Virus record (IMG/VR): IMGVR_UViG_3300012271_000010
Coordinates: 8,111-72,110 of that record
Source of the DNA: a virus
DNA length: 64,000 nucleotides
Direction: 5' to 3' (one strand)
In this document: piece by piece, positions 14,389 to 24,280 of the stretch
Layout: every line of letters starts with the position of its first letter
Numbering within the stretch: position 1 is the first letter of the stretch
Translations under genes and position numbers: made by a program
The notes under the pieces: generated by a model
Told to the model about the DNA's origin: nothing
Database searches by the model: none
What the model saw: only the letters and a program-made list of their open reading frames with translations

Positions 14389-15635
14389 AAAGGGTTTTGG
14401 TAAGAGGACCAGCTTTGTCAACGTCTGGTTACGGAGAACAATGTCGTTTTGCTTTGAGGGCACTTCTAGCTCACGAAGAGCGCTTTGAAGTATTTCTTCA
14501 GAACATTAACTGGGGACGAACTGGTTGGATTGCGATGGACGATAAAGAAAGAGTTATGATTGACCAAATGATGGGTAAAACAAGTATCTTTCTTCAACAG
14601 GGTGGAAAATTTGATATTTCACTTCAAGTTACTATTCCAAATGAGTGGGACAATAGTTTGGCACCTTATAACGTTGGATACACAGCAGGTATCGAGTCTA
14701 CCAAGATTGCTCCTCAATGGATCGAACCTAGTAACCGCATGGATAAAATTATAGTTGTTTCAAATCATGCGAAACAAGGATTTGATAATACATCTTATTC
14801 ATCTAAAAATGATATGAATGAAATTCGAGAGTTCAAAGTAGAAACTCCGATTGAAGTAGTCAATTATCCAGTTCGAGACATTGAACCCGAAACATTAGAT
14901 TTAGAACTTTCCTCAGATTTTAATTTTTTGTCTGTTTGTCAGTGGGGACCAAGGAAGAATTTAGAAGCTACTATTTTTAGTTTTATAGAAGAATTTTTAA
15001 ATGAAGATGTTGGTCTTGTTTTGAAAACAAACATTATGAAAAATAATGTTACTGACAAAGCAGCTTGTCATCAACGTCTCGAAGGTTTTCTTAAAAATTT
15101 TCCAAATAGAAAATGTAAGATCTATCTTGTTCACGGAAACTTAACTTCAAGTGAGATGGCTGGTCTTTATACACATCCTAAAATTAAAGCTCTTGTTTCG
15201 ACTACCCATGGTGAAGGTTTTGGGTTGCCGCTGTTCGAAGCTGCATATTCTGGTCTGCCGATTATTGCTCCTAATTGGAGTGGACATGTAGACTTTTTAT
15301 ATGCTCCAACAAAAGATAAAAAGACTGGCAAATTTAAAAATCGTCCCCATTTCTTGAAGTTAGAATACGTTCTAAAACAAATACAACCATCAGCTGTTTG
15401 GGAAGGTGTTTTACAGGCAGACTCTAAGTGGTGTTTCGTCAAGAATACAAATGTTAAAAAAGTGATGCGAGAAGCTTTCAATAACATCGAAATTCGTGAA
15501 CTTGTCGCTAGAAAATTGAAAAAACACGTTCTTGAAAAATTCAATAAAGAAGACATCTACATGCAGTTCGCTGATGCTGTACATGAATCAGATAACGCGT
15601 GGGAAAATGATCTCGACGCAATCTCTGAAATTTAA
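14385..15635 (+). CDS. glycosyltransferase, GT-B/GT4-like
   Basis: SGYG, PRKN, HGEGFGLPLFEAA, WSGHVDF; start at ATGA overlap. Confidence 0.9.
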   Translation: MKRVLVRGPALSTSGYGEQCRFALRALLAHEERFEVFLQNINWGRTGWIAMDDKERVMIDQMMGKTSIFLQQGGKFDISLQVTIPNEWDNSLAPYNVGYTAGIESTKIAPQWIEPSNRMDKIIVVSNHAKQGFDNTSYSSKNDMNEIREFKVETPIEVVNYPVRDIEPETLDLELSSDFNFLSVCQWGPRKNLEATIFSFIEEFLNEDVGLVLKTNIMKNNVTDKAACHQRLEGFLKNFPNRKCKIYLVHGNLTSSEMAGLYTHPKIKALVSTTHGEGFGLPLFEAAYSGLPIIAPNWSGHVDFLYAPTKDKKTGKFKNRPHFLKLEYVLKQIQPSAVWEGVLQADSKWCFVKNTNVKKVMREAFNNIEIRELVARKLKKHVLEKFNKEDIYMQFADAVHESDNAWENDLDAISEI

Positions 15636-15648
15636 ATTAGGAATTTAA

Positions 15649-17412
15649 ATGAAAATAGGATTTATTGCTGATTACTTTAGAAATGAAATTTTAGGCGGCG
15701 CAGAAGCGAATAACGCTGTCCTGATCGACCATTTAGAAAGCAAAGGTCACGACGTTGAAAAAATTAAGAGTAGTTCTGCTATTCTTGATAAAGATACCTT
15801 TTATATTGTCGCCAATTTTATTGGTTTAAGTGAGGAGAACAAGCTTTTCCTTCAACATAACTGCGATTACATAATCAGTGAGCACGATCATAAATACGTG
15901 AAGAATCGCGACCCATCACGTTTTAAAAATTTCAAGGCGCCTCAAGACCAAATCATTAACGCTGACTTTTACAGAAATGCAAAAGCGGTGATAGTGCTTA
16001 GTGAGATCTGTAAGGAGGTGATTTACAAAAATCTCAAGGTATCCAACGTCTATAATATTGGTTGTAGTTTTTGGAATGAGGACCGTCTTGATCTTTTAGA
16101 AGAATTGTCAACGACTGAAAAAATACATGATTCAGTAGTGTTGAACACTAATAATCCTACAAAAGGCATGCATGCTGCAATGGGTTATTGTAAGAAAGCT
16201 GGCATTTCTCCAGAACTTATTTCTTCAAAAGATGAATTAGAATTTCTCAAAATGTTAGCATCCGGCAAACGTCTGGTCTTCATACCACAAGTTCTTGAAA
16301 CCTTTTGTCGTACTGCTGCTGAAGCAAAGATGCTCAACTGTAAATTGATTACGAAGCCCAAAATGTTGGGATTTTCAAGTGAAAGTTGTTTTCAACTTTC
16401 TGGCATAGAATTGATAAACGATATTCGCCTTAGAATCAAAAACGCATTAAAACTATTTGAAGATCTTTTGAATGGTAAGTCACCAACTAAGACAATAAAG
16501 AAAGCTGCATTCATAGGTAAGTTTCGAAGATTGTATGATGAAGAGGGTAAAGCTCGTTCTCTAGAAGAGGAAGGTGTCGAGGTTAAACGCTTTGATGAAA
16601 CAACTTTTAATAAATATTCTCCAAACGATCTCACAACTCTTCTTGAATATAAACCTGATGTAGTATTTTTTACTAAGTTGCGCGTACCTCGTGCTCAAGA
16701 ACTTATAGATGAATGTAAACGACGTGGGATAAAGACAGTTTGTTGGATGCCAGATTTATATTTTGGTCTCCAACGCGAACAAGAAGTCTTAAATAAAACT
16801 CCAATGTTTAGAGCGGATTATGTTTTTTCGCCTGATGGCGGAAACCAAAAGAAATTTGAAGAGTGCGGCGTCAAACATCATTTGATGAGACAAGCAATTT
16901 TTAAAGATTCTTGTGAATTAAGAAAAGAAGAGAAGAAATATGATGTCCTGTTCGTAGGTACTTTAGGTCCAGAGCATGGTTCTCCAAGAGCAAAGCTTTT
17001 GAAGTTTCTAGAAATAGAATACGGTAACAGATTTTATTGGGCTGGTCGCACTGGACCACATGAGATAAGAAATGATTCGTTAACTAAACTGATTTCAGAA
17101 TCGAAAATAGTGATTGGTGATTGCGTATACTCGAAGAATTATTGGTCAAACAGGATCTATGAAACGCTCGGTCGCGGAGGTTTTCTAATCCATCCTAATA
17201 TTCCAGGTCTTGAAGATGAGTTTGAACACGGCAAGCACCTGTTGACATTCGAATATGGAAACTTGACTGAATTGAAAAGTACAATTGAGGAAGCTCTGCA
17301 CGACGATTTTAGTAGAGAAATCATTAGAGAAAATGGAATGAAACACGTTAAGAAAAACCACACTCTTAGAAATAGAGCACATCAAGTGTTAGAGGTTTTA
17401 AACAATGAGTAG
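15649..17412 (+). CDS. two-module glycosyltransferase (GT4-like + CgeB-like)
   Basis: N half GGAE..ETFCRTAAEA; C half DVLFVGT..YWSNRIYETLGRGGFL..HTLRNRA. Confidence 0.8.
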   Translation: MKIGFIADYFRNEILGGAEANNAVLIDHLESKGHDVEKIKSSSAILDKDTFYIVANFIGLSEENKLFLQHNCDYIISEHDHKYVKNRDPSRFKNFKAPQDQIINADFYRNAKAVIVLSEICKEVIYKNLKVSNVYNIGCSFWNEDRLDLLEELSTTEKIHDSVVLNTNNPTKGMHAAMGYCKKAGISPELISSKDELEFLKMLASGKRLVFIPQVLETFCRTAAEAKMLNCKLITKPKMLGFSSESCFQLSGIELINDIRLRIKNALKLFEDLLNGKSPTKTIKKAAFIGKFRRLYDEEGKARSLEEEGVEVKRFDETTFNKYSPNDLTTLLEYKPDVVFFTKLRVPRAQELIDECKRRGIKTVCWMPDLYFGLQREQEVLNKTPMFRADYVFSPDGGNQKKFEECGVKHHLMRQAIFKDSCELRKEEKKYDVLFVGTLGPEHGSPRAKLLKFLEIEYGNRFYWAGRTGPHEIRNDSLTKLISESKIVIGDCVYSKNYWSNRIYETLGRGGFLIHPNIPGLEDEFEHGKHLLTFEYGNLTELKSTIEEALHDDFSREIIRENGMKHVKKNHTLRNRAHQVLEVLNNE

Positions 17413-17911
17413 ACCAGTTGATAAGTTAGATTTTTGGAAAGGTCGTATTGCGGATTCTAAAAATAGTGACATTCACCATAGTGTTTATCGCTGTAACGGA
17501 CAGTTATGGAGTATGTTAGAAGACCATCATGTCAGGATAATGAGAGAACACATTAAACCAACCGATAAGGTACTTGATGCCGCATGTGGTTATGGAAGAA
17601 TGTCTCAATATTTTAAAAAAGAGAATTATGTTGGCGTTGATTTTTCTCCTGATTTTATCGAAATTGCTAAGCAAGACTATCCTAATAATAGTTTTATTGT
17701 CGGCGATTTAAAGAATCTTCCTTTTGAAGACGAAGAATTCGATTGGTCTTTTGGAGTTTCGATTAAAGACATGATTGTCAGAGAAATTGGTGAAGCTGAT
17801 TGGAGTTTGATGGAGAAAGAACTTCGCAGAGTTTCAAAGAAAATTATCCTTTTAGAATATTCAGATGGCAAAGGAAGTCACTTGACCGACAATTACAAGG
17901 TGATTAAATGA
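17405..17911 (+). CDS. class I SAM-dependent methyltransferase
   Basis: VLDAACGYG, GVDFS, GDLKNLPFEDEEFD. Confidence 0.88.
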   Translation: MSRPVDKLDFWKGRIADSKNSDIHHSVYRCNGQLWSMLEDHHVRIMREHIKPTDKVLDAACGYGRMSQYFKKENYVGVDFSPDFIEIAKQDYPNNSFIVGDLKNLPFEDEEFDWSFGVSIKDMIVREIGEADWSLMEKELRRVSKKIILLEYSDGKGSHLTDNYKVIK

Positions 17912-18020
17912 AAATCTGTATCGAACATCATCAGAGGTCTCCACTTCCCAGGAAAAGAATCTCCTTATTTTATAGGGAAAGATGGAGAAAAGAATTACAT
18001 TCATTACCAGAGAGGAAGCG

Positions 18021-18650
18021 ATGAGGATTGAACTTGACAATTACATTAAGGTTCTAAAAGAAAAAACTACCATCGAACCAAAAGTTTTGTTCGAAGCTGG
18101 CTCTAAAACTGGCGACGACGCTGAGTTCTTAGCAAAACAACTCGGCGTGCCTGATAGTGGAGTGTATGTGTGCGAACCACATTCTGAATTTTATAAAAAA
18201 ATATTAGAGAAGTATCCACAACATACTGTAATGAACATAGCTCTCTTCAATGAAGAAGGAGAATTAGAATTCAACGAAGCGAACAATCTCGACGATGGTC
18301 GTTCTTCACTGATGGGAAGAGATATCTATCAAAAAGATTTTTCAATTATAAAAGTAAAAGCAAAAAGAATGGATAATTTGATGGAAGAACTTGGACTTGA
18401 AACTGTGGACGTTTTTAAGTTAGATGTTGAAGGTGCTTCATATGAGGTCCTTGAAAGTTTCGGTGAACGCATTGATGATCTTAAGTCCATTCAGATTGAA
18501 GCCGAATATGACGAGGTATGGGAAAATCAAAAGACGTGGGGAGCTATTGTCGATTTTATGATGACAAACGATTTTGTCCTTCTTTGGGAACACAATATCA
18601 TTAACATCCAGATAGATTCAGTGTGGGTGAAGAAAGAGTTTATAAAATGA
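18021..18650 (+). CDS. FkbM-family methyltransferase
   Basis: EAGSKTG, VCEP, IAL, FKLDVEGASYEVL; GAGGA RBS favours ATG 18021 over 17982. Confidence 0.88.
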   Translation: MRIELDNYIKVLKEKTTIEPKVLFEAGSKTGDDAEFLAKQLGVPDSGVYVCEPHSEFYKKILEKYPQHTVMNIALFNEEGELEFNEANNLDDGRSSLMGRDIYQKDFSIIKVKAKRMDNLMEELGLETVDVFKLDVEGASYEVLESFGERIDDLKSIQIEAEYDEVWENQKTWGAIVDFMMTNDFVLLWEHNIINIQIDSVWVKKEFIK

Positions 18651-19651
18651 GAGTTGGTTCCATAGTTCTATCCTCTTATCAAGGTTTGGGGATTTTAGCA
18701 AAATCATTTTATGACAATGGGATAATCCAAGAAACGTTAGTAAAACGATCTGGTAGATTTAAGAATCATCCAGAATGGTTTGATAATAAAGTTCTGGTTG
18801 GTAATCCAAACAGTGATTTCGAAGAGAAATTTGAAAAAAAAGATCTACCAGAAGTGGTAGATTTCTTATCTAAAATCGATGTATTGTTGTTGTTTGAGAT
18901 TCCTTTCGTAAAACAGCTGATAACTTTGGCTAAACAAATGGGTGTTAAAGTAGCACTGATGCCAATGTACGAATGTACACCTTATCCTTTAGAAGCTGAT
19001 TTGTATATCTGTCCATCAGTCCTGGACGAAGATTATTATAAGAAAATGTATCCCAAAGGGAATGTAACTCAGATAAACGTACCAGTTCAAGTTGATTTTA
19101 AACTTAGAGAAAGGGCACACATCTTCGTTCATAATGCAGGTAATGGCGGAACATTCGGTAGGAATGGAACTAAAGAGATCTTAGAAGCGATGAAATACGT
19201 TAAGTCTCCTATCAAACTGATCTTAAGGACTCAAAAAAATGGTTATACTTCTGATGATCCTCGAATAGAGATTGTTACAAGCACAGTGTCGTATGATGAG
19301 TTGTGGTCAAAAGGAGATGTGTTTTTGTTTCCTGAAAAGTTTAATGGTCTCTCTTTACCGCTTCAAGAAGCGCACGGTTGCGGCATGCTGGTTATGACGG
19401 GCAACCGAAGACCAAACAACGTTTGGTTGCCGCAGGAGCCTTTAATCCCTGTAGACAGAGAGCACGAAACTAAAATAGTTAATGTAAAATTTCAAATGTC
19501 TGAGTTCGATCCTCGTAAAATAGCTGAAAAGATTGACCACTGGTATGGTAAAGATATAACAGAGTTTTCAATGAGAGGAAAAGCTTGGGCTGAAGTGAAC
19601 TCATGGGAAACGTTAAGACCAGTATATCTGGATTCATTAAGGAGAATTTAA
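18647..19651 (+). CDS. glycosyltransferase, GT-B/GT4-like
   Basis: GDVFLFPEKFNGLSLPLQEA donor-binding motif. Confidence 0.8.
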   Translation: MRVGSIVLSSYQGLGILAKSFYDNGIIQETLVKRSGRFKNHPEWFDNKVLVGNPNSDFEEKFEKKDLPEVVDFLSKIDVLLLFEIPFVKQLITLAKQMGVKVALMPMYECTPYPLEADLYICPSVLDEDYYKKMYPKGNVTQINVPVQVDFKLRERAHIFVHNAGNGGTFGRNGTKEILEAMKYVKSPIKLILRTQKNGYTSDDPRIEIVTSTVSYDELWSKGDVFLFPEKFNGLSLPLQEAHGCGMLVMTGNRRPNNVWLPQEPLIPVDREHETKIVNVKFQMSEFDPRKIAEKIDHWYGKDITEFSMRGKAWAEVNSWETLRPVYLDSLRRI

Positions 19652-19652
19652 T

Positions 19653-20615
19653 ATGTCAAGAAACGACGAAATTAGAAATGCTAAAGTTTGTGTAATTGGG
19701 GGCGCCGGTTTTCTTGGTTCTCATCTGGTGAATCATTTGGTTGACGACAGAAATTGTGAAGTTTTGGTCCTTGACAATTTGATTACAGGTTTAAAAAAAT
19801 ACATCAATTCAAAAGCAACTTTCAAATGGCATGACATTCGCGATGATGGTAATACTTTGTCGAATATTCTTCTTGAACATGAGATTGAGTGGGTTTTCAA
19901 TTATGCAGCCGAACCATATATTCCAGAGTGCTTTGAACGACCAATGCATTTTTTTGATATCAATGCTACCTCTGTTCTCAGAGTCTTGAATGCTTGCGAC
20001 GTAGCAAAAGTAAAAGGTCTTTTGCAAGTTTCCTCAGCTGAAATCTATGGAGATATGAAAGGTAAAATTAAAGAAACCGACTCTGTGGTCCCACACTCAA
20101 CTTATGGCGTGTCTAAAGTTGCTGCTGACGGTCTGGTGCAAGTTCGCTGGCGCGAAGCAAAAGTCCCCTCTATTGCTATGAGACAGTTTAATTGTGTTGG
20201 AGAAAGAGAAACACATGAATATGTTATTCCTGAGATTATTCAACAGTTGGCTAAGTCATCTACGGTAAACCTGGGAAACAACTCTTTTAGAGACTTTCAA
20301 TATGCTGGTGACGCTGTAAGGATGGCAGTAGAACTTCTTGAAAAAGGAGAATTCGGTGAAGTCTATAATATGGGAAGTGAAGGCGGTATTCAAATTTACG
20401 ACTTAGCTAATCTCATCGGAGAAATCATTGGTCATGAGGAAGTGACGATTAAGACAGAGTCATCCCGCCAACGCCCTTGGGAAATCTGGCACCTACAGTC
20501 TGACAACACTAAATTGTATTCAGTAATTGAATCACGTCCTACGGTTACTTTGCGAGAATCCTTGGAAAAGACTGTAAAATTTTACTTTGATAACGGGCAT
20601 TCCTGGGATTATTAA
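19653..20615 (+). CDS. NAD-dependent NDP-sugar epimerase/4,6-dehydratase (extended SDR)
   Basis: GGAGFLG, SSAEIYG, TYGVSK (YxxxK), RDF, GEVYN. Confidence 0.92.
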   Translation: MSRNDEIRNAKVCVIGGAGFLGSHLVNHLVDDRNCEVLVLDNLITGLKKYINSKATFKWHDIRDDGNTLSNILLEHEIEWVFNYAAEPYIPECFERPMHFFDINATSVLRVLNACDVAKVKGLLQVSSAEIYGDMKGKIKETDSVVPHSTYGVSKVAADGLVQVRWREAKVPSIAMRQFNCVGERETHEYVIPEIIQQLAKSSTVNLGNNSFRDFQYAGDAVRMAVELLEKGEFGEVYNMGSEGGIQIYDLANLIGEIIGHEEVTIKTESSRQRPWEIWHLQSDNTKLYSVIESRPTVTLRESLEKTVKFYFDNGHSWDY

Positions 20616-20616
20616 A

Positions 20617-21600
20617 ATGTTAGCTCCTTATCTTGAATTAGAGAAAAAATATGCAGAATATATCGGCACCAGCGGCTGTGTGACTACTAACACTGGGACT
20701 TCCGCTCTACATACAGCTCTAGAAGCTTTAGAGCTTAATCCAGGAGATGAAGTCATTGTACCTGAATTTACAATGATAGCTTCAGCTTGGGCTGTTGTAT
20801 ACGCTGGTCTTAAACCAGTTTTTGTTGATTGTCAACATAATCTTTTGATTGACCCTAATAAAATCGAAGAGAAAATAACACCTAGAACTAAAGTTATTAT
20901 GGTTACCCATGTCTATGGTCGTGTTTGTGAAATGAAGAGAATTCATGGAATAGCTAAAAAATATGGTTTAAGGTTGATTGAAGATGCTTGCGAAGCTCAA
21001 GGGGCGAGATATGAAAATGAAAAGAAGGTTGGAAGTCTAGACATTGGTTGCTTTTCATTTTATAGAAATAAAATTATTTGTGCTGAAGAGGGCGGCGCGA
21101 TTACTTCAAATGATGAAGATTTCCTAAAGAAGTGTTCTGATTTGAAGAGCATGTCTTTTGGTTCAGAACACAATTATCTCCATGGAAAGATCGGATTTAA
21201 TTATAGAATGACAGATTCCCAAGCAGTTTTGGCATTGAAATCTCTTGAAAATGTTGAAGAAAATCTAAAAGCTAGAAAGCTAGTTGAAAGCTGGTACAAT
21301 AAACATCTTCCTTATAAATTTCAAAATTCTCTTTGGTTAGAAAGAAGTGTAGTTTGGGTTTATGACATTAGAGTCGACTCTCAAATCAAAGATGACCTCG
21401 TCGCGTTTTTAAATAGCAAGGGAATAACTGCTCGGCACAGCTTTAAGCCAATGTCTATGCAACCAACATTCAATTATAATTATAAAAATTTAGTTTCATA
21501 TCGAGCTTCGAAAGAAGTTTGTTATTTGCCTGTCATACCCGAAATGGATGAACCGGAAGTGGTTAAAATTTGTAATTTAGTTAAGGAATTCTTTAAATGA
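20617..21600 (+). CDS. DegT/DnrJ/EryC1/StrS PLP sugar aminotransferase (perosamine/viosamine synthase-like)
   Basis: GTSALH, PGDEVIVP, THVYG, IEDACEA, SFYRNKII..EGG, GFNYRM. Confidence 0.92.
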   Translation: MLAPYLELEKKYAEYIGTSGCVTTNTGTSALHTALEALELNPGDEVIVPEFTMIASAWAVVYAGLKPVFVDCQHNLLIDPNKIEEKITPRTKVIMVTHVYGRVCEMKRIHGIAKKYGLRLIEDACEAQGARYENEKKVGSLDIGCFSFYRNKIICAEEGGAITSNDEDFLKKCSDLKSMSFGSEHNYLHGKIGFNYRMTDSQAVLALKSLENVEENLKARKLVESWYNKHLPYKFQNSLWLERSVVWVYDIRVDSQIKDDLVAFLNSKGITARHSFKPMSMQPTFNYNYKNLVSYRASKEVCYLPVIPEMDEPEVVKICNLVKEFFK

Positions 21601-22433
21601 AAAAAACAATTGGGATTATTGGATACGGGTTTGTCGGTAGAGCGGTATCTCAACTTTCGGAAGTATACGAGGTCAACATTTATGATCCGTTCGTAGAACA
21701 GTATAGTTCACTAGAAAATAAGAATGCATCTTATCTTAGTGATTACGTGGTGGTGTGCGTACCAACTCCAACAAATTCAGATGGTTCGTTGGAGTTGGGA
21801 TTGGTAGATAGTTGTGTTTCTGAATGGTCGACAAAAAATAGAAATAGTCTAGACCTTAAAAATAAAGAGTCTATTTTGATTATTAAATCTACTATCGAAC
21901 CAGGTACTATTAAAAAGCTTTCGAGAAAACATAACACAAAAAAGATAGTCCATAATCCAGAATTTTTGACTCAACGTACTGCAATGGAAGATTTTAGAAA
22001 TCCTGTAGAAGTGATAGTCGGCGGCGAAGATCCTAAAGTAGTTGATAGTGTCTTGAATTTGTATAGAGGTTATTATGTTTCTGGAGATAGAGAACCAAAA
22101 TATTATGGGACAAGTTCCAAAATGGCTGAACTAGTAAAAATAACTAGAAATTCTTTTTATGCTGTTAAGGTTTCTTATTTCAATGAAATAAAAGAGTTGT
22201 GCACAAAAATCGATGTAGATTACAAACAGTTCAGAGAAATTTTTACTTTGGGCGGAGACCATCCTTGGATCTCAAAACAACATACACAAGTACCTGGTCC
22301 AGATGGTAAGGTTGGTTTTGGCGGTGCTTGCCTTCCGAAGGATTCACAAGGACTAGTAGAATTATCAGAAACACTTGGAGTGTCGATGACGACTCTTAAA
22401 GGTGCGATTAAATCAAATAAAAGGAGAAGATAA
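21597..22433 (+). CDS. ugd: UDP-glucose/GDP-mannose 6-dehydrogenase family (lacks C-terminal domain)
   Basis: GYGFVG, CVPTP, IKST, NPEFL, AELVK..N, GFGGACLPKD catalytic Cys. Confidence 0.9.
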   Translation: MKKTIGIIGYGFVGRAVSQLSEVYEVNIYDPFVEQYSSLENKNASYLSDYVVVCVPTPTNSDGSLELGLVDSCVSEWSTKNRNSLDLKNKESILIIKSTIEPGTIKKLSRKHNTKKIVHNPEFLTQRTAMEDFRNPVEVIVGGEDPKVVDSVLNLYRGYYVSGDREPKYYGTSSKMAELVKITRNSFYAVKVSYFNEIKELCTKIDVDYKQFREIFTLGGDHPWISKQHTQVPGPDGKVGFGGACLPKDSQGLVELSETLGVSMTTLKGAIKSNKRRR

Positions 22434-22645
22434 TGAAATTAAGTAATCAAATGGTTGGAGCGGTCATGATGGCACTTCAAAATAGTCTGATGAACCAAAC
22501 CGATATTCAACCGGAATTCGAAGGTTGGGAAGTATTCTTAAAGGATGGAGAACTTTTTGTTGAAAATCCTCCACAAGTTAATTTTGAAGAAGATCTTGAT
22601 GAGACTGATGACATCTTAGATTTTCTCACAGAACCAACTGAGTAA
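22433..22645 (+). CDS. small acidic hypothetical protein
   Basis: TAATG coupling, AGGAG RBS. Confidence 0.65.
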   Translation: MKLSNQMVGAVMMALQNSLMNQTDIQPEFEGWEVFLKDGELFVENPPQVNFEEDLDETDDILDFLTEPTE

Positions 22646-22652
22646 AATAAAA

Positions 22653-22919
22653 ATGCCTCGATATGAATACAAGTGTAAAGACTGTGAAAATACTGTTATA
22701 CTAAGCCACAGTAGAAAGGATGTCGTTGCAGTTAAGATCTGTCCTAATTGTGACAGCTCTTCTGAACTTGAAAGAATCTATTCTTTTTCGATAAGCAAGG
22801 ATGCAGTTCAAAAAGAAAACAAACCAGGTAGTTTAGTAAAATCACACATCGAAGAAGCTAAAGAAGAATTGAAAGAAGAAAAGAAAAAATTAGTTGAGAA
22901 GGATTTTAAAGTATGTTAA
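22653..22919 (+). CDS. FmdB-family zinc-ribbon protein
   Basis: MPRYEYKCKDC...CPNC..LERI. Confidence 0.85.
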   Translation: MPRYEYKCKDCENTVILSHSRKDVVAVKICPNCDSSSELERIYSFSISKDAVQKENKPGSLVKSHIEEAKEELKEEKKKLVEKDFKVC

Positions 22920-23266
22920 GTTTTACCGTTGTTTTATTATTGTCGTTAGCACTTAATGTTATTACGATCTGGTATATTATAAAACTTCTCAAAAAATATG
23001 TACCTATTTCTGAGGATCTTATCGACTTGTTCGAAAAATTGGAAGAATATCATTTTCATGTTAAGACGGTATCGGAAATGCAATCTTTTTATGGAGATGA
23101 AATTCTTTTGAATCTTTTACGACATTCTAAAACAGTAGTTCACGAAGTAGGGGAGTTTAAGAAAGCTTATTCTCTATTGGATGAACCTGACGAAGTTCTA
23201 GAACTTGAAGAAGGAGAAGAAGTAGATGACGACCCCGAGAATAAAGACGACGCCCGCGAAGCGTAA
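22913..23266 (+). CDS. membrane-anchored hypothetical protein
   Basis: N-terminal hydrophobic helix, acidic tail. Confidence 0.65.
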   Translation: MLSFTVVLLLSLALNVITIWYIIKLLKKYVPISEDLIDLFEKLEEYHFHVKTVSEMQSFYGDEILLNLLRHSKTVVHEVGEFKKAYSLLDEPDEVLELEEGEEVDDDPENKDDAREA

Positions 23267-23945
23267 GCGCCGCTCAAAAGGAAGATTATACTTTACGCAA
23301 GAGCATCAAGATGCAATTGTAGCTTTTGCAAAATCAGATAATCATGAAGAAAGAGAAAAACTTTATCGTGACTTGATAGGACCAACTTTCAATGAGTTGG
23401 TTGATAAGATAGTTTTTACTTATAAATTTAATAGCTTACCGAATATCGAAGTTTTAAAACACGAATGTAAGGTAGATCTGACTACTATTTTAGGAAAGTT
23501 TGATCCTGACAAAGGATCAAAAGCTTTTTCATATTTTAGTGTTATAACTAAGAATTGGTTTATTCATAAAACAAAAAAGACGGCAAAACAACGCGAGCGC
23601 GAAGTATACCTCGAAGATGTGAAGCGTGAATCTGATTTTATCACCTTATCAGAAGAAAACCAATATCACAATAAGAGAGAATACAAAGAATTTTGGTTAA
23701 GTCTTCGTGAAGAGATCGTTAACTGGGAGAAGATGGAACTTAAAGAGAACGAACAAAAAGTTCTCAAAGCTATAAATATTTTATTTGACAATGCGGAAGA
23801 TATTCCTATTTTTAACAAAAAAGCTGTGTATCTCTATTTAAGAGAGATAACAGGTCTCAACACAAAACAGATTGTAAACAATCTTAATAAACTTAGATCT
23901 AAATATGAACTTTTTAGAAAGAAGTGGGATGAAGGAGAGATATGA
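23226..23945 (+). CDS. phage sigma-factor-like protein (sigma70 region 2), probable late sigma
   Basis: LGKFDPDKGSKAFSYFSVITKN region-2 motif; C-terminal helix-turn-helix-like segment; sits at the head of the virion module. Confidence 0.75.
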   Translation: MTTPRIKTTPAKRKRRSKGRLYFTQEHQDAIVAFAKSDNHEEREKLYRDLIGPTFNELVDKIVFTYKFNSLPNIEVLKHECKVDLTTILGKFDPDKGSKAFSYFSVITKNWFIHKTKKTAKQREREVYLEDVKRESDFITLSEENQYHNKREYKEFWLSLREEIVNWEKMELKENEQKVLKAINILFDNAEDIPIFNKKAVYLYLREITGLNTKQIVNNLNKLRSKYELFRKKWDEGEI

Positions 23946-24280
23946 GTAAGCTTAAAGAAATTTTAGAAAAGACTCTTACTTCAATCGACAGCGATAGAAC
24001 TGACGCTAAACAAATGTTTGATGATATCGCTTCTCATATCGGCAAATCAGCGGATAAATATGCCACTCTAGGTCTGACAGCTGCTAAGTTTTTAGAAACA
24101 CTTCAGAAATCAAATGAGCAGAGAGTTAAGCTTCTTAGTATTTTTTCTAGTCGTCTTGAAGATGAAGATGATTTTGGAGAAGTCTCTAAGGAAGAAGCTG
24201 ATGCAATTTATGAACAGTTTGAAGAAGAAGAAAACGAAGTAGTGGTTGAACCGATTGAGGAAATTAAGGATGGGTCGTAA
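23942..24280 (+). CDS. helical hypothetical protein
   Basis: ATGA coupled, coiled-coil-like. Confidence 0.6.
   Translation: MSKLKEILEKTLTSIDSDRTDAKQMFDDIASHIGKSADKYATLGLTAAKFLETLQKSNEQRVKLLSIFSSRLEDEDDFGEVSKEEADAIYEQFEEEENEVVVEPIEEIKDGS

Noticed and set aside
13102-22433. Bacterial O-antigen/capsule locus or eukaryotic giant-virus origin for the window
   Set aside because: No wzx/wzy/ABC exporter; flanking genes are tailed-phage baseplate, PhoH, primase and RuvC with bacterial RBSs and sigma70 promoters
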